Part shown: one piece after another, positions 48,689 to 57,377 of the stretch
Position numbering within the stretch: position 1 is the first letter of the stretch
How the letters are laid out: every line of letters begins with the position of its first letter
Origin: Fibrobacteria bacterium
GTDB lineage: Bacteria; Fibrobacterota; Fibrobacteria; UBA11236; JADFYW01
DNA length: 64,000 nucleotides
Assembly: GCA_050294405.1 (NCBI GenBank)
Contig: JBNKOC010000012.1
Location: 32,001-96,000, forward strand
Reading direction: 5' to 3'
Notes under the pieces: generated by a model
Told to the model about the DNA's origin: nothing
Databases searched by the model: none
What the model saw: only the letters and a program-made list of their open reading frames with translations
Position numbers and translations under genes: made by a program

Positions 48689-49327
48689 CTACAAATAATT
48701 TTTCAGGATGCGCACCAGTTCTTTTGTGGAATGTCCCTTATGAATTTGCTCAATGCCTTCCAAAATCATATTCAAGTGCTCTTCAATGTTTTTAAGCATG
48801 GCCTTTTTAAGGTTGTCCATCAGGGCCTGGCTGGTTTTGGGGTCGCGGCCGGTGAGTATGTATTCCAGACCTTTTTTTAACACAAAGTTTTCCAGATATT
48901 TCTCGTTAATGGCATGCATGGTGTTTTCCAGACTGGGAAGCCCCTCTTTTTGAACTAGTTGGGAAATATCCAAAAGGCTGGCAAAAATTTCGTGCTTGTT
49001 TCGGGTTTCCACTCTAACAGGTTTTGTATCCCTGATGTTAGGCATTTCAATGGGGCTTGCCTGAAGCTGGTTTTTATTGATGATTTCGGCAAGAGCCTCT
49101 TGGGCAGAAGCAATTTCTTCTTCCTCTAATTCGTGATAAGAGGCTAACATTTTTGATAGCTGCTTTTTGGCGCTATAGGTGGTATTGCGGAAGAATATTT
49201 TTCTTTGAGAATCACTAAGACCAACTAATGCCTTGGCTAAAACAGGAAATTCCACTTCCAGTAAGGACATTTGAATATCGTGATCTTTAAGCGTGCTGGA
49301 GCTTAATATTTTGACCAAATTATTCAT
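48689..49327 (-). CDS. Soluble protein: FliG C-terminal-like domain plus MotA cytoplasmic-like helices
   Basis: aa ~13-84 LKDHDIQ..LLEVE...LAKALVG....RKIFFRN...IASAQEALAEII (FliG_C pattern); aa ~113-212 QKEGLPSLE...FVLKKGLEYILTGRDP...MILEGIEQIHKG...LKNYL (MotA pattern); no hydrophobic TM stretch. Confidence 0.72.
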   Translation of the reverse strand: MNNLVKILSSSTLKDHDIQMSLLEVEFPVLAKALVGLSDSQRKIFFRNTTYSAKKQLSKMLASYHELEEEEIASAQEALAEIINKNQLQASPIEMPNIRDTKPVRVETRNKHEIFASLLDISQLVQKEGLPSLENTMHAINEKYLENFVLKKGLEYILTGRDPKTSQALMDNLKKAMLKNIEEHLNMILEGIEQIHKGHSTKELVRILKNYL

Positions 49328-49390
49328 AGTGCCTTTAAATTAAAAAAGTAAAGCTGCTAAGGCTGAAATATTTAAGGGCGGGTTTTAAAA

Positions 49391-49831
49391 TTATCTACCA
49401 ATAGTTTTGAGTTGGGCCACAATTTTACCCAACTTTTGTTCAAGGGCTTCGGCCTCGGTGCTTTCCAATTTTTTGAGTTGAGCAAGAATTTGGTTGGCCT
49501 TAATAATGTTGCCTTGCCAAATATAAAGCTCTCCTAGGTAGCCTAACGTTTCTTCATTATTGGGATTTGATTTTAAAACTTTTTTGTATTGCTTGTAGGC
49601 TTCGTTAGCGTAATTTTTTGAAATGTTACTCAGACAATAGCCTAAATTATTTAAGGCTTCTGGGGTTTCGCCTTCGGACTCAATAGACTGGCGAAACAAT
49701 TCCGCAGCTTTTTCAAAATCCTGGGAGGCCTGGGCTGCTATTCCCTTTTTATAAATTTCACCTGCGGCCCCTACAAATGCAAAAGTGGCAAGGGCAACAA
49801 GAAGCCCTGTTAAAAACCATTTTTTAACCAT
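49391..49831 (-). CDS. Exported tetratricopeptide-repeat protein
   Basis: Start reassigned to ATG 49831 with GGAGG RBS; signal peptide; TPR motifs ALNNLGY and TLGYLGELY. Confidence 0.85.
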   Translation of the reverse strand: MVKKWFLTGLLVALATFAFVGAAGEIYKKGIAAQASQDFEKAAELFRQSIESEGETPEALNNLGYCLSNISKNYANEAYKQYKKVLKSNPNNEETLGYLGELYIWQGNIIKANQILAQLKKLESTEAEALEQKLGKIVAQLKTIGR

Positions 49832-50045
49832 AACTGTTCCTCCAGGAAAAATGCGAGTTGTGATAATAGCTTTAAAAAATTGCATATAAAAATGGGACAA
49901 TTCCAAGGCACCCCTTATTTTGCCCGTGCTTGTAAAATACAGCTAAAAAACCTAAAAATCAATAGAACCTTACCACAATTAATGGCCAAAATCTTTAAAA
50001 ATCGCCATTTTCGGTCATTTTTTTTTATTTAAAGGTTACAGTTAA

Positions 50046-50930
50046 ATGAAAAAGCTTTTTTTGACAGGCACCAGCGGATTTTTGGGCTGGAAAATCTTTG
50101 AGGAGGCTCAGTCTTCCTTTGAAATTTGGGGCTCTTTTTTATCCAATAGTTTATCCCACCCGAGGTTAAATTCAATGCGACTGGATTTAACTCAGGCAAA
50201 GGAGTTGGAATCGGCTCTTTTAAAGTTAAAACCCGACGCCATTATCCATTGCGCGGCCCAGGCCAACGCAAATTTTTGTGAAACCCACTCTTCTGAATCC
50301 CATGTTATTAACGTAGACTCCTCTTTGAATCTGGCTAACTATTGTCAAAGACATTCTATTCCCTTTGTTTTTGTTTCCAGCGATTTGGTGTTTGATGGTG
50401 CAAAAGGAAACTATAGGGAGTCGGACAAGGCAAAGCCCATATGTATATATGGAAAGCAAAAACTTGAAGCGGAGGATGCGATTTTAGGAATGTGTTCCCA
50501 TTCCCTGGTATTGCGGGTTCCGTTGATGTTTGGAGAACCGGGGCCGGAAAAAAACAATGGCCTGCGGGCTTTAATTCAGTCTTTGCAAAAGACAAAGGAA
50601 GTTCGGCTCTTTACGGATGAATACCGTACAGCTATGTATGGACGGGATGTGGCAAAAATCATATTGCAGTTAACGGGAAAACAGAAAGGCCTGTTTCATG
50701 TGGCCTCTCGGGAAAGGTTATCCCGCTATGAACTGGGTAAAGAAATCAACAAGTTATTTGGGCTAAGGGGCAACATCAAAGGAGTTTTGCAGGACTCCCT
50801 CGCCTTTCCCGCTCCCCGTCCGAAGGATGTTAGTTTATCCGCAAATAAAATCATGGAAAGTGGAATAAACATTCCTCCTTTAAAGGAACAACTTAAAGAA
50901 TGTTTTGAAAGTTGGAAAGCCTTAGCTTAG
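50046..50930 (+). CDS. RmlD-like NAD(P)-dependent SDR oxidoreductase
   Basis: TGTSGFLG, HCAA, SSDLVFDG, YGKQK and PRPKDVSL motifs. Confidence 0.88.
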   Translation: MKKLFLTGTSGFLGWKIFEEAQSSFEIWGSFLSNSLSHPRLNSMRLDLTQAKELESALLKLKPDAIIHCAAQANANFCETHSSESHVINVDSSLNLANYCQRHSIPFVFVSSDLVFDGAKGNYRESDKAKPICIYGKQKLEAEDAILGMCSHSLVLRVPLMFGEPGPEKNNGLRALIQSLQKTKEVRLFTDEYRTAMYGRDVAKIILQLTGKQKGLFHVASRERLSRYELGKEINKLFGLRGNIKGVLQDSLAFPAPRPKDVSLSANKIMESGINIPPLKEQLKECFESWKALA

Positions 50931-51580
50931 TGGTTGAATTGCGCTTTGGCTTCTTCCATGGTTTCAGCACGGGGAATTAGGGTTTCCAAATGCATCATTC
51001 GCCATACGGATTCCACAGAATCAGTTGGGTTTAAAATAACCAACATCCCCTGTTTTTCCTGAAGCATTCCCCGGATACGGAACATTTCTGTAACCCCGGA
51101 GCTTCCCAAATGGATTAATTTGGAACAATCCAAAATGCAGTTTTCGTAGTCAATAAGATGTTTTTCGTAGAATTCTCTAAATTGGGTGCAATGATCCAAA
51201 GTGCTCAGGCTGCCGGATATTTCAAAATAGCCGATTCCGTTGTAGTCTGAATTTAATTTTAATTCCAGGGAGCTTTCTTCTTTTTTAAAGTCGCCTTCAT
51301 TTTCAATGGAAAATAAATTGAGCACGTTTGTAGTTTCAAATAAGGTCATAGCCGAGGCATTCACTTTTTTTAAAACCAGGTTTCGCTTTGCTTTTTCGCA
51401 GGTTTTTAATGCGCGGATTAAACCAGAAAGCATAATGGAATTTAAATATTGGCAGAACTGCATATCAATGTATACAGTATCAACTCCGCTTTCCACCGAT
51501 TCGGCTACGGTTTTTACAAACTGATTTGTTTCCTTAAAGGAAAGCTTGGAGCCAAGGGATATAGTCGTGGTGTTAGTCAT
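50927..51580 (-). CDS. Tandem STAS-domain (anti-sigma-factor antagonist-like) protein
   Basis: Two STAS units: IDMQFCQYLNSIMLSGL and LDCSKLIHLGSSGVTEM. Confidence 0.82.
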   Translation of the reverse strand: MTNTTTISLGSKLSFKETNQFVKTVAESVESGVDTVYIDMQFCQYLNSIMLSGLIRALKTCEKAKRNLVLKKVNASAMTLFETTNVLNLFSIENEGDFKKEESSLELKLNSDYNGIGYFEISGSLSTLDHCTQFREFYEKHLIDYENCILDCSKLIHLGSSGVTEMFRIRGMLQEKQGMLVILNPTDSVESVWRMMHLETLIPRAETMEEAKAQFNH

Positions 51581-52445
51581 TTAACTCTTTTAACTTTTTT
51601 TTGATGGCATCTAGCTCTTCGTAATTTTCGTTTTGCAGAGCTTGAATTTTTTCCACCATTAATTCAAGTTGATTTAGTTTTTTTGAATCATTTTTCAAGT
51701 TTGATTTAATAAGATTTATAATTTCCTGGGTATCTTCGGGATAAGCAAAATTTTCCATAAAATTAGAAAATTGATCTTCGGCTTTTTCATACTCCGCTTT
51801 ATTTTCGATATTATACAACATTTTAGGAATAATTTCGGTTAATAAATGCTCTTTTATATTTCCCTCAAAATTATGTATATTCACGGCGGACTCGGATTCC
51901 TCTTCCGCAAAGTTCGATAACATCTCCTCAATTTCCTGAGAAACCTGGTCATGTTCCTGTTCCCGGAATTTAGCCTGGTACAATATAGGAAATGAGTTTA
52001 CGGATAAATGGGCATGGCTGATTATTTTAAAATGCCCCAGGTAATATATATCCTCATCCCGTTCTAAAATTTCTGCTTCGGATTCAAAAAAAATAATTTT
52101 GGCGGGTATGGGAATGAACTCCATGTTCTTCATGGAGTCAAGCTTATCGCGAACAGCTTCGGGGTCCAGGGCTCCTTCTAAACCACCAGTTTCTTTGGCT
52201 TGTCCAATTATTTCTTCCAAACCTTTTTCTAGTGAAAGCCCGAACTCCGCCTGGAAAAAATCGCGAATAGTGCGCTGGTCTACGTAGTTGGCCTGCACAG
52301 CCAAAATTCCATTTTGAACCATGGATTTCATATTTCCATCGTTATTTCCATCGGTATCCACCGTGGCATAGGCTATAAGCTTGCCCATTAATTTATTTGG
52401 GCTTCCTTTTTTTAATTCGATATTTATGCCAAAGTTTGAATTCAT
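51573..52445 (-). CDS. Hypothetical acidic protein with a UVR-like C-terminal coil
   Basis: Likely start ATG 52445; ends EKIQALQNENYEELDAIKKKLKEL; overlaps the STAS gene by 8 nt. Confidence 0.75.
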   Translation of the reverse strand: MNSNFGINIELKKGSPNKLMGKLIAYATVDTDGNNDGNMKSMVQNGILAVQANYVDQRTIRDFFQAEFGLSLEKGLEEIIGQAKETGGLEGALDPEAVRDKLDSMKNMEFIPIPAKIIFFESEAEILERDEDIYYLGHFKIISHAHLSVNSFPILYQAKFREQEHDQVSQEIEEMLSNFAEEESESAVNIHNFEGNIKEHLLTEIIPKMLYNIENKAEYEKAEDQFSNFMENFAYPEDTQEIINLIKSNLKNDSKKLNQLELMVEKIQALQNENYEELDAIKKKLKELND

Positions 52446-52576
52446 ACCACCATAACTATAGCTTTTTTTTTGGTTCGTTCCCAAAAACAACCCTGTGGCA
52501 CGAGCGGACGTTTAATAGGGAAAAAAAACCATGCTGGTTCTTTTAAAAAATTTAAAGCCGAAAAGAAATTTTAGCC

Positions 52577-53443
52577 TTAGGAAAAGCTAAAAGATGATTG
52601 AAGTTTTTCTACCTCTTCAGGAATTTCCGCCTGAATGGCCAAAAGATCTTCCATGCTAATTTCCAGCACCTCTGAAAATTTGGGATCCAATTCCTGGTAT
52701 TTTTCTTTGTCCAAAAGATGGTAGCCCGATTCATGGCTGATAAAATTAGCACAGTGAATTAAATAGGACTGTTCTCTGGAAGAAGGCGCTTCTGAAGGGT
52801 TGTGGTGGTAAATAATGGGGGTTCTCAAATCCCGGGGCAATTCCCATTTGGAAGTGAGCCAATCGCCAACATCGGTGTGTGAGTATCCAAAAAATTCTTT
52901 TTCTGTTTCGGATAGGGGAATGCTTTTATCACGGGCCATTTCTTTAGCTTTTAAAAACTCTTCGGTAAAGTAATGGTCTAATACCAGTTTTCCAATATCA
53001 TGTAAAAGACCGGAACAAAAGGATTCTTCGGGGTCTAGTAAATGTGGGCGCTTAATCTTCTGAGCGATTAATTTGCTGGCCACAGCGCAGGATAGGGAGT
53101 GAGACCAAAAAGCCCGTCTTCCTTCCCGAATAGACTTGTCTTTTGAGGGAAAAATTTCTCCAACAGAAACGCTTAATACCAGGCTATTCACCACTTTCAT
53201 TCCCAACAACACCACGGCGTTTTGAACGGTGGTGATAGTTCTGGGGATACCGTAAAAAGCGGAATTTGCCATGCGCAAAACCTTGGAAGTGATACCCACA
53301 TCTCTGGATATAACCTTGGCAACATCTGCAGCAGATGTATCCGGGTCATTGACCATTTGCATTAGGCGTGTGGCCACTTCCGGTAGTGTGGGCAAATTGC
53401 TGATACCAGCAATTGTTTTTTTCTTTAAGTTTTCCTCGACCAT
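52577..53443 (-). CDS. HDOD-domain protein
   Basis: LPTLP, KVLRMANSAFYG, AVVLLG, FWSHS, GLLHDIGKL, KWELP and YHH motifs. Confidence 0.93.
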   Translation of the reverse strand: MVEENLKKKTIAGISNLPTLPEVATRLMQMVNDPDTSAADVAKVISRDVGITSKVLRMANSAFYGIPRTITTVQNAVVLLGMKVVNSLVLSVSVGEIFPSKDKSIREGRRAFWSHSLSCAVASKLIAQKIKRPHLLDPEESFCSGLLHDIGKLVLDHYFTEEFLKAKEMARDKSIPLSETEKEFFGYSHTDVGDWLTSKWELPRDLRTPIIYHHNPSEAPSSREQSYLIHCANFISHESGYHLLDKEKYQELDPKFSEVLEISMEDLLAIQAEIPEEVEKLQSSFSFS

Positions 53444-53458
53444 TATTTTGAGCTTATT

Positions 53459-54202
53459 TTACTGAAATTTTATTTGAAGGCCAATAGTTAATCCGCCAAA
53501 AAATTCTACGGTTTTTTCGCCGCCAAATCTCATGGAAAATTTAGGATCGGCACTAATGCCCCAAATTTCGTTAAACATGTAACCAAAGATGACTTCAATA
53601 TTGGCATCATGTAAAAATCCATCGGAAACGTCAGGAGCGCCTGCCACAGTTCTGCGGCCATTTGTAGTTTGGATTTCGGTGGCAGCCCTGATGTTTTTGC
53701 GAAAGTATATAAAATCGTAACCTACAGCCGGGGCTATTAAACCCACTTCGCCAATGTAAAAACGCCCTCCAATTTCAGGTCCCCCTGAATAAAAAGCTTC
53801 GCGGCTGGACATAATGGTAGTCCCATTAGCATCTTCCTTGGAACCCGAATGAAACTCGTATTTTAAATTAAGGCTGGCGCTTAAGGGGAATTCTCTGTCT
53901 GGTTCAAATATTTCAAAGCTGGCAATGGGGTATATGGAAAGAGATTTATATCCAGACTCCGCATCAAAGCTGGTGTCCTTAACAGGTTGGGATACATACA
54001 GTCCAATACTGGAGCGGCTTTCAATGGTGTACTCAAAGCCAGCGTTCCACGCCACTACCTCGGGGCTTGCAACCACACCTGCAATGGGTATAACAAGTCC
54101 ATTTTCTCCTCGCTCAAACAGCTGAACCCTACCAAAACTAATAGATGTCACAAGCAATAATCCCGGTATTATAGCTGCGATATTGAGAAATTTCTGAGTC
54201 AT
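53459..54202 (-). CDS. Probable outer-membrane beta-barrel protein
   Basis: Start reassigned to ATG 54202; signal peptide; alternating aromatic/Gly strands; C-terminal GLQIKFQ. Confidence 0.62.
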   Translation of the reverse strand: MTQKFLNIAAIIPGLLLVTSISFGRVQLFERGENGLVIPIAGVVASPEVVAWNAGFEYTIESRSSIGLYVSQPVKDTSFDAESGYKSLSIYPIASFEIFEPDREFPLSASLNLKYEFHSGSKEDANGTTIMSSREAFYSGGPEIGGRFYIGEVGLIAPAVGYDFIYFRKNIRAATEIQTTNGRRTVAGAPDVSDGFLHDANIEVIFGYMFNEIWGISADPKFSMRFGGEKTVEFFGGLTIGLQIKFQ

Positions 54203-54358
54203 ATTGTATCTCACTTCAGTCAACCAATCTAATCTTTTGAAGCCAGGAAATATAGAACAAAATTTTTTATTGCAAAACACTAAATTTCCCTGACAGCCCC
54301 TGGCGCACTTGCTAGTTTTTAAGACCTAGCGCAACTCCTGTTTAGGAATGTAGAAATT

Positions 54359-55207
54359 ATGAGGTATTGGAAAAACTATTGTTGTTGGTTTTTGGCCGGG
54401 TTCTTGTTTTTAGGATGCCGTGTGCTGGATTCTCCAGCCACGGACAAAAATAAGGCCAGGCTGGCTTTTATCGACGTCGGGCAGGGAGATGCCATTTTTA
54501 TTCAAAATGGGTCTGGGGAATCCGGATTGGTGGATGCGGGGCCTGCTAATGGACAAAGTCTTAAATGGCTAGAGGAAAACTCTATTAAGCGCCTCAACTG
54601 GATAATTATCAGCCATGCCGATTTTGACCACTATGGGGGTGCTTTGGAAATTATCCAGAATATAAAAGTGGAAAGGCTGTATTTACCCTTGGATTCAAAC
54701 CCCTATCCCAGCTGGGAAAACTTGCTTAAAACTCTTAAAGAAAAAAAAATCCCGGTAGACAGCCTTTTTCAGGGAGAAAATATTCGCTTGTTGAATTCTG
54801 TTGAGGCCAGGGTGCTTTGGCCGCCTCCCACAGAAAAGTTAGAGGGCAATGCCAGTTCTTATGTTCTGGATTTGTCTTTAAGAGGAGTCCAGATGCTTTT
54901 AACGGGAGATATAGATTTTGCAATTGAAGAAAAACTATTGCCCTTATTGGCAAACCAAAAAAATTACCATGTTTTAAAATTGGCTCATCACGGTTCTTCT
55001 GGCTCCAGCTCATCTATTTTTCTTAGTAAAGTTCAGCCTAAATGGGTTGTTGCCAGTTGTGACAGTTCTGTTTATGGGCATCCCGCGCCAGAGACTTTGG
55101 AAAGAATTTATGCCGTAGTTAAAGACAGCAGCCAGGTCTTGAGGACAGATAAAAATGGAAGTTTAGAATTTCTAATATCTGAGCAAGGAACCCCTAACCT
55201 CCAATAA
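54359..55207 (+). CDS. ComEC/Rec2-type metallo-beta-lactamase-fold lipoprotein
   Basis: Lipobox FLGC; DVGQGD, SHADFDH, LTGD, HHGS, YGHP and RTD motifs. Confidence 0.87.
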   Translation: MRYWKNYCCWFLAGFLFLGCRVLDSPATDKNKARLAFIDVGQGDAIFIQNGSGESGLVDAGPANGQSLKWLEENSIKRLNWIIISHADFDHYGGALEIIQNIKVERLYLPLDSNPYPSWENLLKTLKEKKIPVDSLFQGENIRLLNSVEARVLWPPPTEKLEGNASSYVLDLSLRGVQMLLTGDIDFAIEEKLLPLLANQKNYHVLKLAHHGSSGSSSSIFLSKVQPKWVVASCDSSVYGHPAPETLERIYAVVKDSSQVLRTDKNGSLEFLISEQGTPNLQ

Positions 55208-56084
55208 AACCGGGAGTAGCTGAAAACTCCTCTTCCCATTTAGAGCGGGAAAGGGCTTTTTGGATTTGGGCCATGGCTTGAGCTTCGGTGGGAGCTTCGA
55301 GGTTTTCAACCCGAATACCTTTAACTCCCCATTGGCTGGGTTTAGTTACCTTGTAGAGTGCAATAGTGTAAACTCCTAAAACTCCGGCTAAGTGAGAGAC
55401 CCCCGAGTCGTTGCCAATAAATAGTTTGTGGCGGGAAATTAATTTGGCCAAATCCAATACAGTTTTTGGCTCGTGGCAGGGGTAGGATTTTAACCATTTT
55501 TCTTTTTGGCGGCTTTCGTTGGGACCTAACACAAAGCGGGGTTCTAAACCGCGGTTTTTTATTTCGTTGGCCACAAAAATGTAAAACTCCGGGTCGTAAT
55601 TTTTTCTCTCACTGCCAGAGCCTGGGTGGATTAAGCAACTGCGCTCGGGTTTAATGCCCATGGTAAAAAAAAGCGGGAGGCTGGGAGTGGGTAAATTAAA
55701 ATAACTAAGGGCTTCTAATTGGTGCAGGGCCACGTGTTTCCCCGTTTTGGGAAAGGGGGGGTGAAAAAAGAATTGGTCCATACCATTTTTTTTCAGCATT
55801 TCTTCCAGAGCGGTATCGGTTTCTATCCAGGCAATTCCCCTGGGCTTTTTTCCAAAATCCGCTTGTAGCTTTCCCAAAAAAAAGGGCAGATATTTTTGGC
55901 TTTCGCTGTCCAGGCATTCGTCCAAAAGCCCAAAATATTTGGCAAGTTCCAGATATTCGGGTCGGCCTAACCCAATAAAATGGTGGTTGGAAAAATGCCA
56001 GCGAAGAGCCACCAGGCAGGGCCAGGTTAAAATAAAGTCGCCCAACGCGCCCCGATGGACTATTAAAAAGTTGGACTTTTCCAT
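55194..56084 (-). CDS. Glycosyltransferase family 9 (heptosyltransferase-like)
   Basis: GALGD, HPGSG and GNDSGVSHLA motifs. Confidence 0.88.
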   Translation of the reverse strand: MEKSNFLIVHRGALGDFILTWPCLVALRWHFSNHHFIGLGRPEYLELAKYFGLLDECLDSESQKYLPFFLGKLQADFGKKPRGIAWIETDTALEEMLKKNGMDQFFFHPPFPKTGKHVALHQLEALSYFNLPTPSLPLFFTMGIKPERSCLIHPGSGSERKNYDPEFYIFVANEIKNRGLEPRFVLGPNESRQKEKWLKSYPCHEPKTVLDLAKLISRHKLFIGNDSGVSHLAGVLGVYTIALYKVTKPSQWGVKGIRVENLEAPTEAQAMAQIQKALSRSKWEEEFSATPGFIGG

Positions 56085-56093
56085 TCAAGGCCA

Positions 56094-57260
56094 CTAAAAA
56101 ATGGCGGTGGGTCTCCAGCGTGGGTTTTTTGAACTCATATCGATGGTGTAAAAATCTTTTTCCAGATGGGGGGCTGGTTGGCCCATGCTTTCCAATAGGA
56201 ATTTAGCCATCCACTTTTCCACTTTTAGCACCACCATTTTTTTACGGAGCCTACCCTGCAAATCTCTGTTTAAGATGGAAGGAATGGTGTTTAAAGTTAA
56301 AATCTCATCTAGTGCTTTGTGGTTCAAAGTATCGCGGCCTTCGGCTGAAGAGTAAAAATGAGTTACTCCAAAGCAAATTTTATTGGGGTTGCCCTGCTTT
56401 AAAACTTTGCAACATTCCACAATGGTAGTTCCTGTGCGCACCATATCATCCAGCACAATTACATCTTTGCCTTCTAAATCGCTTAATTGCAATTCGGAGT
56501 CGGCCGCCACTTTAACTTCTACAGATCGCTCTCCCGAGCGTTCTTTGCTCATTTTAATGATTTGGCATTTGGATAGGTTAAGGGCTTTTTGCACTTGCTT
56601 GGTAAAGGGAACTGCGCCGTTGTCTGGAGCACACAAAACCAAATTACTTCCCTCTTTGCCAGTGACCACCATGTCGCTTCTTTTTAAGTAATCGGCATAG
56701 AGAAAATCGGGAATTAAATTGTGGAACTGACCCTGGAAAGTGTCGTTAAAAACTTTTTGCACGCCCTCGGAGTGGTTGTGGATGGTGACCACCATATCTA
56801 CTCCTGCTAACTTTAACAAGTTAGCATACAAGCGGGAAGTGAAGGGTTGTCCGTCGAACTTTTTTAAATCCTTATCTGTGCGGCCCTCTTCTCCCGCGGC
56901 GCGATGAGGCCCTCTATCTTGGGCACTAAAAAATAAATCTGGTTCCACTAAAATTACTTTTTCTGCTCCGTTTTCCTTGGCGGCGCTGGCAATGATAAAA
57001 GTGCGCATAGCAAGGGCGTTTCTGGTTTGAACCAGGTGATGGGCCGTGGAGCATATGACTACCGTTTTTCCTTTGAGCCCCTCTCCAACTTTTTGGAATT
57101 CTTCTTCGTCGTGAATTAAAAATCGAGGGCAAAATTCCGAGTTGGCAAAAGATTTCAGGGAAATAACATCTGAAATATCTTCTAGTTGTCCGCAGAGGTG
57201 GCCAATATCCAGAGAAAAAGGATCGTCGGAAATATTGCCCACTATTACAAAGTTATTCAT
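56094..57260 (-). CDS. prs: Ribose-phosphate pyrophosphokinase (divergent)
   Basis: FANSE, AQDR, APDNGA, PRPP-binding LDDMVRTGTT, VTH. Confidence 0.82.
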   Translation of the reverse strand: MNNFVIVGNISDDPFSLDIGHLCGQLEDISDVISLKSFANSEFCPRFLIHDEEEFQKVGEGLKGKTVVICSTAHHLVQTRNALAMRTFIIASAAKENGAEKVILVEPDLFFSAQDRGPHRAAGEEGRTDKDLKKFDGQPFTSRLYANLLKLAGVDMVVTIHNHSEGVQKVFNDTFQGQFHNLIPDFLYADYLKRSDMVVTGKEGSNLVLCAPDNGAVPFTKQVQKALNLSKCQIIKMSKERSGERSVEVKVAADSELQLSDLEGKDVIVLDDMVRTGTTIVECCKVLKQGNPNKICFGVTHFYSSAEGRDTLNHKALDEILTLNTIPSILNRDLQGRLRKKMVVLKVEKWMAKFLLESMGQPAPHLEKDFYTIDMSSKNPRWRPTAIF

Positions 57261-57377
57261 GGTTTTTACTGTAAATTAAGGGTTCGTTTTATAAAAATAT
57301 TTTATCAAAATAATTATTTGACCCCAGGTTAAGGAAACCTAGCTTAAAATAATCTTAAAGATTGGTATAATGCATAA

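Noticed and set aside
52490..54320. Sigma54-like TGGCAC/TGGCGC motifs near 52496 and 54301
   Set aside because: Neither has the GC of the -12 element at the required GG-N10-GC spacing.
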